Positions 31,451 to 40,849 of a DNA stretch of 64,000 nt are shown here, in pieces. Numbering within the stretch: position 1 is the stretch's first letter; each line of letters opens with the position of its first letter. Source of the DNA: an uncultured Acidimicrobiaceae bacterium (lineage in GTDB: Bacteria; Actinomycetota; Acidimicrobiia; Acidimicrobiales; RAAP-2). Position numbers and translations under genes: made by a program. The notes beneath the pieces were generated by a model that worked only from the letters and a program-made list of their open reading frames with translations, had not been told where the DNA came from and made no database searches. The stretch lies in the NCBI GenBank assembly GCA_963718405.1, contig CAVQYZ010000004.1, forward strand, positions 66,798 through 130,797, written 5' to 3'.

Positions 31451-31753
31451 TCAGAACAGGTCCGCCACCTCGGGGTCGATGTATCGGTGGATGTCCATAC
31501 CGGCCAGTCCCAGGTCGCCGAGGCTGCTCCCGAAGGCCGCGAAATGCGGGGTGCCGAAGTGCTCGGTGAGGGCCTCTTGGGACTCCCACTCCTCGAAGAT
31601 CCGGAACCGGCCTCGGACGTCCGGATCGGCCCAGAGGCCGTAGGCGTGGCATCCCGCCTCCTTCAGCGACTCGGTCGAGACGGTGCGAGCGAGTTCCACC
31701 AGGCGGTCATGGGATGACGGCTCGACGGTCATGATTCCGGAAACGATGATCAT
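31451..31753 (-). CDS. antibiotic-biosynthesis-monooxygenase (ABM) family protein
   Basis: 100 aa, with CHAYGLWADP..RFRIFEEWESQEALTEHFGTPHF typical of the ABM fold. Confidence 0.8.
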   Translation of the reverse strand: MIIVSGIMTVEPSSHDRLVELARTVSTESLKEAGCHAYGLWADPDVRGRFRIFEEWESQEALTEHFGTPHFAAFGSSLGDLGLAGMDIHRYIDPEVADLF

Positions 31754-31872
31754 GGGCCCGACTCTACGGCGACGATCCCCTCACGTGCACGGCCCGCCCC
31801 GTCGTATGGCCTCTCTGCATTGGTGGCCACCGCCACGGCGAGGCACTATAGGGACCAGGAGGTTGTCAGATC

Positions 31873-32235
31873 ATGAAAGCCAGACGATTGTTGATTGTGG
31901 TACTCGGAGCAGGTGCAGTCGGGTACGGATTGGCGCGACGAAGGAAGGCCGCCCAAGAGGGCTCCCTGAGCACGGCCACCGCCGGATCCGCGGGAGGGAG
32001 CTCCCTCGGCGTGGTGGAAGTCGAAACCGAAAAGATCGATGCCGACGGAAATCTCGTAGTGGACGACGTACTCGTCGCCGTGGATGACGATGGAACGGTG
32101 GTGGCCACTGATGAGACCATCGCCGTCATCACACCGGCAGGCGACACGGTCATCGACGAAACGTTGTCGGTGCTGGGCGATGACGGAGAGCTCCACGCCG
32201 TGGAAGAAGACATCTCTCTCAGTGAGGGCGAGTAG
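31873..32235 (+). CDS. hypothetical membrane-anchored acidic protein
   Basis: AGGAGG 7 nt upstream of the ATG. N-terminal TM LLIVVLGAGAVGYGL, followed by a D/E/V/T-rich tail. Confidence 0.5.
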   Translation: MKARRLLIVVLGAGAVGYGLARRRKAAQEGSLSTATAGSAGGSSLGVVEVETEKIDADGNLVVDDVLVAVDDDGTVVATDETIAVITPAGDTVIDETLSVLGDDGELHAVEEDISLSEGE

Positions 32236-32280
32236 GGCTCTGGAGGTCTCCGCCTTCAAGAAGGGGCAGCTGGCCGAGGG

Positions 32281-32943
32281 CTAGTGGAGGAGACTGGACA
32301 CCACGTTGATCACCAGTGCCACGATTACGGCACCGAACAGGTACGAGAGCAGCGCATGGGCGAGAGCGATCCTCCGGATGGCCTTGGTCGTGAGGTTGGT
32401 GTCCGATACCTGAAACGTCATTCCGATGGTCAGCGCCAAGTAGGCGAAGTCGAGATAGTTGGGCGGATCGTCCTCGTTGAAGTCGATCCCCCCGACCGGT
32501 GGGGAGTAAAAGGTTCGGGCGTAATGCAGTGCGAACACCGTATGAACCAAACCCCATGACAGGGCCACACTCAGGACCCCCAGGGTGATCAGGTAGGCCT
32601 TGGTCCCTCCGGTGGCACTGCCGGCACGGATCAGAGCCAAACCGACGGCCGCCAGGAGAGCGACCCCCGCTACGAGGACGATGACCTCGGCCAACCGGAC
32701 GCTGGTGTCCTCCCTCGTGGCATGCGACCGGGTTTGCTCGGGGCTCAGCCCTCCTACCGCCCACCAGATCCACGTTATGAGGACGATGGAACCGACGTCC
32801 CAACCGACGAGCGTGGCTGCCTGCCAGAACATGAACGTGGACACCACACCGCCGGCCACTACTCCCAGAGAGGCCGCTATGGCGACACGGACCCCGGCCC
32901 GCGAATTTCGCCAACGCTGCGGGGTAGGGGTATCTCGACTCAT
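32281..32943 (-). CDS. DUF1345 membrane protein
   Basis: Multi-TM protein with LSWGLVHTVFALHYARTFY and YLDFAYLALTIGMTFQVSDT, characteristic of DUF1345. Confidence 0.75.
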   Translation of the reverse strand: MSRDTPTPQRWRNSRAGVRVAIAASLGVVAGGVVSTFMFWQAATLVGWDVGSIVLITWIWWAVGGLSPEQTRSHATREDTSVRLAEVIVLVAGVALLAAVGLALIRAGSATGGTKAYLITLGVLSVALSWGLVHTVFALHYARTFYSPPVGGIDFNEDDPPNYLDFAYLALTIGMTFQVSDTNLTTKAIRRIALAHALLSYLFGAVIVALVINVVSSLLH

Positions 32944-33194
32944 GGGCGAAGCGTAGGTGCACGCCCACTCGAGGCCACCTATGCCCCGGACAATCGGGGG
33001 ATGGGGGAGCTGGCTTCGTCGATACCAAGTCGGCCGGCGATGCGGTGATTCGGGAGGGAAGGGCTTGATGGGTCAACGAGTACCTGAAGTCCGGTAAACT
33101 GCGTATCCACGCTGAGTGGGGACCCCTGTTGTGCCTGGTCAAAGGTGATCGGACTCACCCCGTCGCCTCCTCTGAGCTCGTCTCGAGGAGATCC

Positions 33195-34340
33195 ATGCCG
33201 TACGTACCGAACAACCACGCCTCTTTGTCGCGCCCTGACGGAGATGACCGCGGCACGCTCCCTCGGGCCGTCGTCTACTGCGAAGCCAACTTCGGTGCAT
33301 CCGATGGCAAGACGGCCAACGGGCTCGTCCGGCACTCCGAGCGCTACGAGATCGTCTCTGTCATTGACAGCCGGCAGGCCGGACGCGACTCAGGCGAAGT
33401 CCTCGGGGACGGGCCCAACGGCATCCCCATCGTTTCGGACCTAGCGGCGGCGGTGCGACTACACGGACTCGTACCGGACTTCCTCATATTCGGCGTCGCT
33501 CCCTCGAGCGGCATGCTCTCGCCAGGGGAGCGTCGAGTGATGCTCGGGGCCATGGAACAAGGCATCAGTATCGTCAACGGCCTTCATGAATTTCTCAACG
33601 ACGATCCGGAGTTTGCGGCCTCAGCGGCGGCGCACGGAGTGACAATTCTCGATGTGCGCCGGCCACGCGACAAGAAGGATCTCCGCATGTTCAGCGGCCG
33701 GATCGCCGAGGTCACCTGCCCCCGAATCGCCGTCTTGGGCACAGACGGGGCCGTCGGCAAGCGAACCACCGCCACCATCCTGACCAAGGCTCTCAACGAG
33801 AGCGGTATCAAGGCGGTGATGGTGGGAACAGGGCAGACCGGCCTGATCCAGGGGGCCCGCTATGGCGTCGCTCTGGATGCCATCCCGTGTCAGTTCTGTT
33901 CCGGCGAGATGGAGGCGGCGGTTGTCGACGCCTTTGAGAGCGAACGGCCCGATGTCATCGTCATCGAGGGCCAGGGTGCCCTCAGCCACCCCGCCTACCT
34001 CAGCTCCACGTTCATCCTTCGGGGAAGCCGTCCAGACGCCGTCATTCTTCAGCACGCACCGGCACGACGGAAGCTCGGCGACTTCGCCGATGTGCCAACC
34101 CCTGATCCGGCCAGCGAAATCAACCTGATTCAGACCTTCGCCGACACCAAGGTCATCGGGCTGACCATCAATCATGAGAACATGAGCGACGTCGAAGTCA
34201 CGGCAGCCATCACGATGTACGAGTTGGAGCTCGGCATCCCGGCTACCGATGCACTGACGAGGCCCGTGGACCGACTCGTCGAGATGGTGGTGGGTGCCTT
34301 CCCCGAGCTCGAAAGGAAGCCCGTCGCCAGGGCTTCGTGA
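33195..34340 (+). CDS. DUF1611 domain protein (P-loop-containing, DgcN-like)
   Basis: AVVYCEANFGASDGKTANGLVRHSERYEIVSVID, a P-loop-like VLGTDGAVGKRTTA, and VIVIEGQGALSHPAY. Confidence 0.8.
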   Translation: MPYVPNNHASLSRPDGDDRGTLPRAVVYCEANFGASDGKTANGLVRHSERYEIVSVIDSRQAGRDSGEVLGDGPNGIPIVSDLAAAVRLHGLVPDFLIFGVAPSSGMLSPGERRVMLGAMEQGISIVNGLHEFLNDDPEFAASAAAHGVTILDVRRPRDKKDLRMFSGRIAEVTCPRIAVLGTDGAVGKRTTATILTKALNESGIKAVMVGTGQTGLIQGARYGVALDAIPCQFCSGEMEAAVVDAFESERPDVIVIEGQGALSHPAYLSSTFILRGSRPDAVILQHAPARRKLGDFADVPTPDPASEINLIQTFADTKVIGLTINHENMSDVEVTAAITMYELELGIPATDALTRPVDRLVEMVVGAFPELERKPVARAS

Positions 34341-35455
34341 GCGCACCGAGGCTGGAGATCCGCCTCGACCGGATCGGCCACAATGCCCGAACCCTGGTTC
34401 AGCATCTCAATCCCTTGGGGATCACCGTTTGTGGCGTGACGAAAGCGACCATGGGCTCTCCCGAGGTCGCCCGCGAGCTTCTCGCCGCGGGCGTCACGTC
34501 GTTGGGCGAGTCGCGGGTCGAGAATATCGAGCACCTGCGACGAGCCGGGATCACCGCCCCCATCACCCTGATCCGGTCACCGATGATCAGCCAATCCGAC
34601 CGAATGGTGGCGAACGCAGAGCTCAGCCTCAACAGTGAACTCGACGTGATCAACCAACTCTCCGAGTCGGCGGTGAGGCAACGAAGAGTGCATGGCGTCG
34701 TCCTCATGGTCGAGTTGGGGGACCTCCGCGAAGGGATCATGCCCGGTGATCTCCACGACACGGTCCGAGAGGTTCTCCACTTTCCCGGCGTCGCGCTGCG
34801 GGGCATAGGTACCAACCTGGCTTGTCAGAACGGCGTGATTCCGGACGGGTCCAACATGGCCGAACTGTCCACCCTGGCCACCTCAATCGAGGCGTCCTTC
34901 GACCTCACCCTGGACATCGTTTCCGGCGGGAACTCGGCGAACCTCCAGTGGGCGCTGGAGCCCGGCGTCGATGTGGGCCGGATCAACCACCTTCGCCTCG
35001 GGGAATCGATCCTGCTCGGCAGGGATCCGGTCAATCGGTCGCCCTTGCAGGGGCTCCATGTGGACGCCATCTCGATTGTCGGGGAAGTCATCGAGTCCAA
35101 ACTGAAGCCCTCTCAGCCGAGAGGGGACCGCGGTCAGACGGCGTTCGGCCCGGGCGTCCAGCCCCAGGGAGCTCAAGACCGCACCCACCGGGTGATCGTG
35201 GCGCTCGGCCGGCAGGATCTTGATGTCGAAGGGATCGTCCCGCCGGACGGCTTCGAAATCCTCGGGGGTAGCAGCGATCACCTCGTCCTGGAAAGCGCCC
35301 TGGCCGAACCCAAGGTGGGATCTGAGCTCCGCTTCATGCCGAACTACAGCGCCCTCATGCGATCGATGACGTCGCCTTTCGTGGCCAAGGAGTACCTCAG
35401 GTCTGACGATTCCCAGCCGGCGGATAACGCTGGGTCAGCCCGCGTAGTTGGATAG
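34337..35455 (+). CDS. alanine/ornithine-racemase-family PLP enzyme
   Basis: 4-nt start/stop overlap with the DUF1611 gene. PLP-lysine context VCGVTKATMGSPEVAREL. Fold-type III barrel plus C-terminal beta domain. Confidence 0.8.
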   Translation: MSAPRLEIRLDRIGHNARTLVQHLNPLGITVCGVTKATMGSPEVARELLAAGVTSLGESRVENIEHLRRAGITAPITLIRSPMISQSDRMVANAELSLNSELDVINQLSESAVRQRRVHGVVLMVELGDLREGIMPGDLHDTVREVLHFPGVALRGIGTNLACQNGVIPDGSNMAELSTLATSIEASFDLTLDIVSGGNSANLQWALEPGVDVGRINHLRLGESILLGRDPVNRSPLQGLHVDAISIVGEVIESKLKPSQPRGDRGQTAFGPGVQPQGAQDRTHRVIVALGRQDLDVEGIVPPDGFEILGGSSDHLVLESALAEPKVGSELRFMPNYSALMRSMTSPFVAKEYLRSDDSQPADNAGSARVVG

Positions 35456-35458
35456 GCG

Positions 35459-35475
35459 GCCTCAGCCGCTGAGGC
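35459..35475 (+). terminator. stem-loop GCCTCAG-ccg-CTGAGGC directly after the racemase stop
   Basis: 7-bp perfect stem 4 nt after the TAG at 35453-35455. No T-tract follows. Member of the CCTCAGC hairpin family described in the findings. Confidence 0.35.
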
Positions 35476-35557
35476 TTGGGACCGGGGTTGAGCCGGGCTG
35501 CAGCGGCATTTGTCGAGTCTGGTGCTGACCCGACCGGTGGAGCCCTACGATGACGCC

Positions 35558-36802
35558 ATGCGAGCGCTGATGTACGGGGTGGAGCCGGAAGTACAGCCCA
35601 TCGGTGAGACGGACAACCGCCTGTTGCGGATGCTTGCTCGGACACCGACGCGGCTCATCGACATCGACGAGCCCGGTTTCCTACGCCCTGACTGGGTGGT
35701 GACCAGACCGAGACTGGTGGGGATCTGCGGGTCGGAGTCCAAAGCGGTGTTCCTCGACTACGCCAGCCTGATCGACCCGAACAACGCCGCGGGCCAGAAC
35801 CCGATGAAGGGTTTCGTCTCATTCCCCCACGTGATGGGCCACGAGGTGATCGCCGAAGTGGTTGCTGTCGGCCCCGAGGCGCAGGGGTTCGAGCCGGGGG
35901 ACCGTGTCGCCCTCAACCCCTGGCTCACCTGCGTGACCCGAGGGGTATCGCCGGTCTGTGCGGCGTGTGAAGCGGGTGATCTGAGCCAATGCCATTCATT
36001 CGGAAAGGGCTCGTTCGCCCCGGGGATCCACATCGGCATGTGCGCCGACGTCAGTGGTGGGTTCGCCGACCTCATGCCGGCGCACGACTCAATGCTCTTC
36101 AACGTGCCGGACGCGCTGAGCGACGAGCAGGTCGTCATGGCAGACCCCTTCTCGGTCTCACTCCATGCTGTGACCCGCCATCCGCCGCAACCAGGGAGCA
36201 AGGTGCTGGTCTACGGCGCCGGCTCACTCGGCCAGTGTGCGGTCGCCATCTTGAGGGCGTTGCACCCGTCGGTAGAGGTGATGGTGGTCGCCCGGTTCGA
36301 CGCGCAACGCCGGCTGGCCGAGGCCTTCGGCGCATCGACTGTTTCTCCCGAGCCCCGACTTGAGCTCATCGAGCAGGTGGCGGAGTGGTCCGGCGGCGTG
36401 CTGCAACCGGCTGACGGGCTCCCGATGGCCTTTCCAGGGGGCATCGACGTGGTCTATGACACGATCGGGGCAGCCGAGACGCTCGAGGTCGGCTGCCGCG
36501 TGTTGCGTGCCCGAGGCACCCTCGTGAAGCTGGGCATGCACGGTGCTGCCAAATGGGATGACACGCCGGTGTACTCCAAGGAGATCATCTACACGGGTTC
36601 TAATGCCTTTGGGATCGAAGAGGTCGATGGAGTCCGTCAGCACGGCATCGCCCACTTTCTGGACATGGTCGGATCGGGCCGGATCGACCTCACACCGATG
36701 CTCACCCACACATTCCGTCTTGACGAGTGGCGCGACGCCTTCACCGTCCTGGCCGACCAGGAGTCGTCAGGGGCCATCAAGGTCGCGATCGACAGTCGCT
36801 AG
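35558..36802 (+). CDS. zinc-dependent medium-chain alcohol dehydrogenase family protein
   Basis: [30 protein letters not shown], structural-Zn cysteines [21 protein letters not shown], and [11 protein letters not shown] Rossmann motif. Confidence 0.8.
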   Translation: MRALMYGVEPEVQPIGETDNRLLRMLARTPTRLIDIDEPGFLRPDWVVTRPRLVGICGSESKAVFLDYASLIDPNNAAGQNPMKGFVSFPHVMGHEVIAEVVAVGPEAQGFEPGDRVALNPWLTCVTRGVSPVCAACEAGDLSQCHSFGKGSFAPGIHIGMCADVSGGFADLMPAHDSMLFNVPDALSDEQVVMADPFSVSLHAVTRHPPQPGSKVLVYGAGSLGQCAVAILRALHPSVEVMVVARFDAQRRLAEAFGASTVSPEPRLELIEQVAEWSGGVLQPADGLPMAFPGGIDVVYDTIGAAETLEVGCRVLRARGTLVKLGMHGAAKWDDTPVYSKEIIYTGSNAFGIEEVDGVRQHGIAHFLDMVGSGRIDLTPMLTHTFRLDEWRDAFTVLADQESSGAIKVAIDSR

Positions 36803-36820
36803 GACGCCGACACCCCACCT

Positions 36821-37596
36821 ATGCAACGTTTCCACGGACAAAATCGCCATTGTGACGGGCGCAGGATCGGGAATCGGCCGCGCCACCGCCCGCCGCCTTG
36901 CCGCCGAGGGTGCCGCAGTGACCATCGCCGACATCGATGAGGTAGCCGCCGGCAAGACCGTCGAGTTGATCCGCACCGATGGCGGCACCGCCCGCCCCCA
37001 ACTCGCCGACGTTGCCGAGCCCGATGACAGTTGCACGTATGGTCACGGACACCGTCACCGCATTTGGTGGGCTCGACCTCCTCCACAACAACGCCGCGGC
37101 GATCAAGCTAAACCTCACCGACCAGGACGTCGTCACGATGCCGCTCGACACCTGGCATACCGTGATGAGCGTCAACCTCGACGGCGTCATGCTCGGCTGC
37201 CGTTTTGCCATTCCCGCCATGCTGGAACGCGGCGGCGGGGCGATTGTCAACACCGCGTCAGTTGCCGCAACCTACGGCAGCCGCACCCTCGCTGCCTACG
37301 GGACCAGCAAGGCAGGCGTCGTCGCACTCACACGCTACGTGGCCACCGCGTACGCCGACCGCAACATTCGGGTCAACGCCGTCGCTCCTGGTGTCGTCGT
37401 CGACCGCGATCTGCAGGAAAAGCTCGGCGGCCCACTCGGCGACACCCTCGCCCCGATCACCGAGGGTCATCTCGTGGGTCGGCCCGGGTACCCCGAAGAG
37501 ATCGCCACCGCTGTCGCCTATCTCTTGTCTGACGACGCCACGTTTGTCACCGGCCAGACATTCACGATAGACGGCGGATACACCGCCCACCGCTGA
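36821..37596 (+). pseudogene. SDR family oxidoreductase with two frame breaks
   Basis: ATG at 36821 (MQRFHG) in one frame. [27 protein letters not shown] in a second frame. ...NNAAA, SVAATYGSRTLAAYGTSKAG (YxxxK) and VNAVAPG in a third (ORF 36979-37596). Breaks lie near 36840 and 37025. Confidence 0.7.
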
Positions 37597-37619
37597 GCCT
37601 CAGCCTCAGCACGCTGAGG
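37592..37619 (+). terminator. nested hairpins GCTGAG-c-CTCAGC / CCTCAGC-ac-GCTGAGG at the SDR stop
   Basis: Overlaps the TGA at 37594-37596. 7-bp stems. Same CCTCAGC motif family. Confidence 0.35.
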
Positions 37620-37761
37620 GCCCCGGCCAGTTCTCAGGCGCCATTGGCTGGAGCGGCAAGGAGCAACTCGGGGGCCCGATGCAGGGACGGTCCACCCACC
37701 CTCCTCTACCCAGAGATCGGGAGACCGCTGTCACAGCCCCTGGGTACCTTCATTCACGGAG

Positions 37762-38250
37762 GTGCACAAGATGCCAATCGTCGGAACACTGGACGAAGTA
37801 GCCGCGTTAGCCCGCCGCGAGATGGATCGAGGTCGCATTCACTCGTACGAGGGATTATCCGTGTACGTGAATCCTTATCAGGCCAGGGTATTGCTCAACC
37901 GGGATGCCATCATCGGCGAGGTGGTGAGCAACGTGCTTCTCCCGCCCGATGATGCCTTGAGCCCAGGCCAGGAGGACCGGCTGGAGTCGCTCGGTTGGAG
38001 TCGACCAGACGTCATGTACCAGCCGTTCTTCCATCGGATGTGGTCCACCGAGGTCGCATCGGAGTCGATTGTCCGCGACCTACTGACAGCGTTCATTTGT
38101 GTGGCCGAGCTCGAGGAGGGCGAGCGGGTCTCCCTGTCGATGCGCCCTTGGTGTGGGGCCCCCGGTTCGGGATATCAGTGCGACGGTTGGGGTGAGTATG
38201 GAGGGGATCCCCCTCCAGGTTTCGGAGAGTGGGATCCTCCGGCAAGGTAG
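37762..38250 (+). CDS. hypothetical protein
   Basis: Intact 162-aa ORF immediately upstream of the integrase. Possibly a YbjN / chaperone-like fold, but this is a weak impression only. Confidence 0.4.
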   Translation: MHKMPIVGTLDEVAALARREMDRGRIHSYEGLSVYVNPYQARVLLNRDAIIGEVVSNVLLPPDDALSPGQEDRLESLGWSRPDVMYQPFFHRMWSTEVASESIVRDLLTAFICVAELEEGERVSLSMRPWCGAPGSGYQCDGWGEYGGDPPPGFGEWDPPAR

Positions 38251-38358
38251 CGAGCGGCGTGGCCACCCGATCTCTGGTTGCACAGTACCGAACGCGTTGC
38301 AGGGCGCCGTGCCCCTGCCCGATCGACTCCCGGGCAGTAGGGATAGGAGTGGTGCCTT

Positions 38359-39372
38359 ATGCCACAAGACGATGCGAAGCCGGAAACAATCACATTCGAG
38401 ACATACGCCGCCGAGTGGATTCACTCGCGCATCGACCTTGCCGAACGGACCATCGAGCTCTACCGCTGGTTACTCGAGCGGCATATCGAGCCGACGTTCG
38501 GTAGCAGACCTCTCGACGACATCTCGCCGTCAGACGTGCGTGCGTGGCACGCCGAGTCAGCCCGAAAGCACCCGACGACGGCAGCGAAGGCCTACCGGCT
38601 CCTCTCGTCGGTCATGCGCACCGCGGTGTCCGACGAGATCATCCGGCGCAATCCCTGCCAGGTACGTGGTGCGGCCGTTGAGCGGGCGCCGGAGCGCCCG
38701 ATCGCCAGCATCGCCGAGGTCGATGCGCTGGCGGACGCCATGCCACCCAATCTGCACATAGCAGTGATGCTGGCGGCTTGGTGTCAGCTCCGACGAGGTG
38801 AGGTGAGGGGACTACGACGGCGAGATGTCGATTTCGAGAGCGGAACGTTGCAGATCAACATCACAAGGACAGCGGCCATGTCGGGTCGATCGATCATCAA
38901 GGAGCCGAAGACTCGAGCGGGTCGGCGTACCGTAGCTATCCCACCGAACATTCTCGAGGGCCTGAAGCACCACATGGACCGGTACGTCGGTGAGTCACTC
39001 GATGCCTTTGTTGTTGAGGGGTCCAATCGGTCACTCAGCGTTGCCTGGAACCAGGCTCGTTCGAAGCTCGACCTCACTGGACTCCGGTTCCACGACCTCA
39101 GACACTCCGGTCTCACGTGGTCAGCGGCGACCGGGGCGAGCATTGCCGAGTTGATGCGACGGGCGGGGCATGCCTCCCAGGCTGCGGCCATGCGGTACCA
39201 ACATGCCACTGACGATCGTGACCGGGTGCTGGCTCACGCACTGGCCGAATTGGCTGATCGGGCCGGAGGGAGGCATGAACTCCGAGAGCAGGATCGTTCA
39301 GTGGAACACGAGGGCTCTTCGGACCTCGGTCTGGGTGACTCGACGCCGCCCGCCCGGATCTCGCTAACGTGA
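38359..39372 (+). CDS. tyrosine-type site-specific recombinase / integrase
   Basis: SAM-like N-domain (YRWLLERHIEPTFG). Catalytic region LRRGEV (Arg I), FHDLRHSGLTW (H-x-x-R), GHASQAAAMRYQH (His/Tyr). Confidence 0.9.
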   Translation: MPQDDAKPETITFETYAAEWIHSRIDLAERTIELYRWLLERHIEPTFGSRPLDDISPSDVRAWHAESARKHPTTAAKAYRLLSSVMRTAVSDEIIRRNPCQVRGAAVERAPERPIASIAEVDALADAMPPNLHIAVMLAAWCQLRRGEVRGLRRRDVDFESGTLQINITRTAAMSGRSIIKEPKTRAGRRTVAIPPNILEGLKHHMDRYVGESLDAFVVEGSNRSLSVAWNQARSKLDLTGLRFHDLRHSGLTWSAATGASIAELMRRAGHASQAAAMRYQHATDDRDRVLAHALAELADRAGGRHELREQDRSVEHEGSSDLGLGDSTPPARISLT

Positions 39373-39387
39373 CCCAATCCAATCGGT

Positions 39388-39426
39388 ATACACCAATGGT
39401 ACACGTTACGTGTATGATTGGTGTAT
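39388..39426 (+). promoter_or_regulatory. nested inverted repeats upstream of and overlapping the vapB start (candidate autoregulatory operator)
   Basis: Outer arms ATACACC (39388-94) / GGTGTAT (39420-26). Inner arms TACACG-tta-CGTGTA (39400-39414). Confidence 0.35.
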
Positions 39427-39634
39427 GAGCCGAATGAGAACGAACATCGAAATCGAGGACACCCACCTCCGGATCATCATGAACCGCTACGGCGTGCACA
39501 CCAAGACCGAGGCTGTCGACCTCGCGCTGCGCCACCTGGCTGGACTACCCATGACGCGCGACGAGGCCCTGGCCATGCGTGGCGCGGGGGCGATAGGCGA
39601 GATCCCAGCTGATGCCGGACCGCCCGAATGGTGA
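39425..39634 (+). CDS. vapB: type II antitoxin, VapB family
   Basis: MRTNIEIEDTHLRIIMNRYGVHTKTEAVDLALRHL. The 3' end overlaps vapC by 7 nt. Confidence 0.75.
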   Translation: MSRMRTNIEIEDTHLRIIMNRYGVHTKTEAVDLALRHLAGLPMTRDEALAMRGAGAIGEIPADAGPPEW

Positions 39635-40041
39635 TCCTGGCGGATACCTCCGCATGGGTGGAGTTTGACCGTGCCACTGGAAGCAAGGTCGACGGACGGC
39701 TCACCGCGCTCATCAGAGATGGTGGACCGTTGGCGGTCACTGAGCCGGTGATCATGGAGGTGATGGCCGGCGCCCGATCCGACGATCGGGAGAACGAGTT
39801 GCGACGCCTACTCCTGCGATTCGATCTGCTCAGGTTTGATGCCCTGGCCGATTTTGACGCCGCCGCAAGGATCTATCGGACGTGCCGCAGGGCGGGCATC
39901 ACCCCTCGTGGCATGGTCGACTGCCTGATCGCCTCGGTCGCCCACCGGCATGGAGCATCGTTGCTGGCAGCTGATGCTGACCTCGGGCGTGTCGCCGGCA
40001 TGGTGGGGATCAACCTGGACGAGGCGTCCACCACTGCCTGA
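39628..40041 (+). CDS. vapC: type II toxin, PIN-domain ribonuclease VapC
   Basis: MVILADTSAWVEF (Asp), EPVIMEV (Glu), VDCLIASVA (Asp), LLAADADL (Asp). Confidence 0.85.
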   Translation: MVILADTSAWVEFDRATGSKVDGRLTALIRDGGPLAVTEPVIMEVMAGARSDDRENELRRLLLRFDLLRFDALADFDAAARIYRTCRRAGITPRGMVDCLIASVAHRHGASLLAADADLGRVAGMVGINLDEASTTA

Positions 40042-40228
40042 CGAAGGCATCAGTTGTCATGACCTCAGCCGATGCCACTCAGGAAGGTCGACTTCGGCTC
40101 GCATGTCTGATGCACAACCTGCCATTGGGATATTGGACCCAGTGGCGGGACGAAGCCGAGAACTCAGTGGCCGAGATCGTCGGACGGAATCAGGAACCCA
40201 CGATACGGAATCTAGTATCATAAGCGCA

Positions 40229-40849
40229 ATGGACGGAAAGTCGGCTGCGAGCAGGCTCTTGCGGGATCTCCGACGCCGTGCCGGACTAACCCAGCGCGCC
40301 CTGGCGGCCAAGGGTGGCGTTCCCCAACCAACCATTGCCGAGATAGAAGCCGGGCGACGAGAACCATCCATAACCCTTCTAGGTCGGCTGGCCGAAGCGA
40401 CCGGCTACGAGCTGAAGTTGGAACTCCAACCCCTTCACCCTCGGAGTGCAGTTGCCACCGCCAACCGCATTCGTGACCGGCTGACCGAGGCGGATGCTGA
40501 AGGCTGGTCGACGGCGCAGCAGGAGGACGCGGCCTTGCGGGCGGCCATTGACTTCAAGGATGCGCTTTCCTCCGCACGTGCCGACGAGTTCACCCACCTT
40601 GTCAACACTCCTCCGGGTACGACCGGTGACACACGCTGGGACGCGTTCATTGCCGCGGTGGTCGAGGACGAAGCGGCCACTCGGTCCGTACCGGCTCCAC
40701 GTTGGACTGGTGAGAGGAGCCGGTTCACTCGACCCCTCTGGTATCTATCTAAGAACAAAGCTCTCCATAACTGGGAGCTGGCCACATCGCCAGGCGCATT
40801 CGTCCGTCACGGAGTTGTTGCCGCTAAGGAAGAACTCGAGAGCGTCTGA
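40229..40849 (+). CDS. XRE-family HTH protein with a C-terminal domain of unknown function
   Basis: LRDLRRRAGLTQRALAAKGGVPQPTIAEIEAGRREPSITLLGRLAEATG, followed by a tail of about 140 aa. The stop overlaps the next start (TGATG). Confidence 0.7.
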   Translation: MDGKSAASRLLRDLRRRAGLTQRALAAKGGVPQPTIAEIEAGRREPSITLLGRLAEATGYELKLELQPLHPRSAVATANRIRDRLTEADAEGWSTAQQEDAALRAAIDFKDALSSARADEFTHLVNTPPGTTGDTRWDAFIAAVVEDEAATRSVPAPRWTGERSRFTRPLWYLSKNKALHNWELATSPGAFVRHGVVAAKEELESV

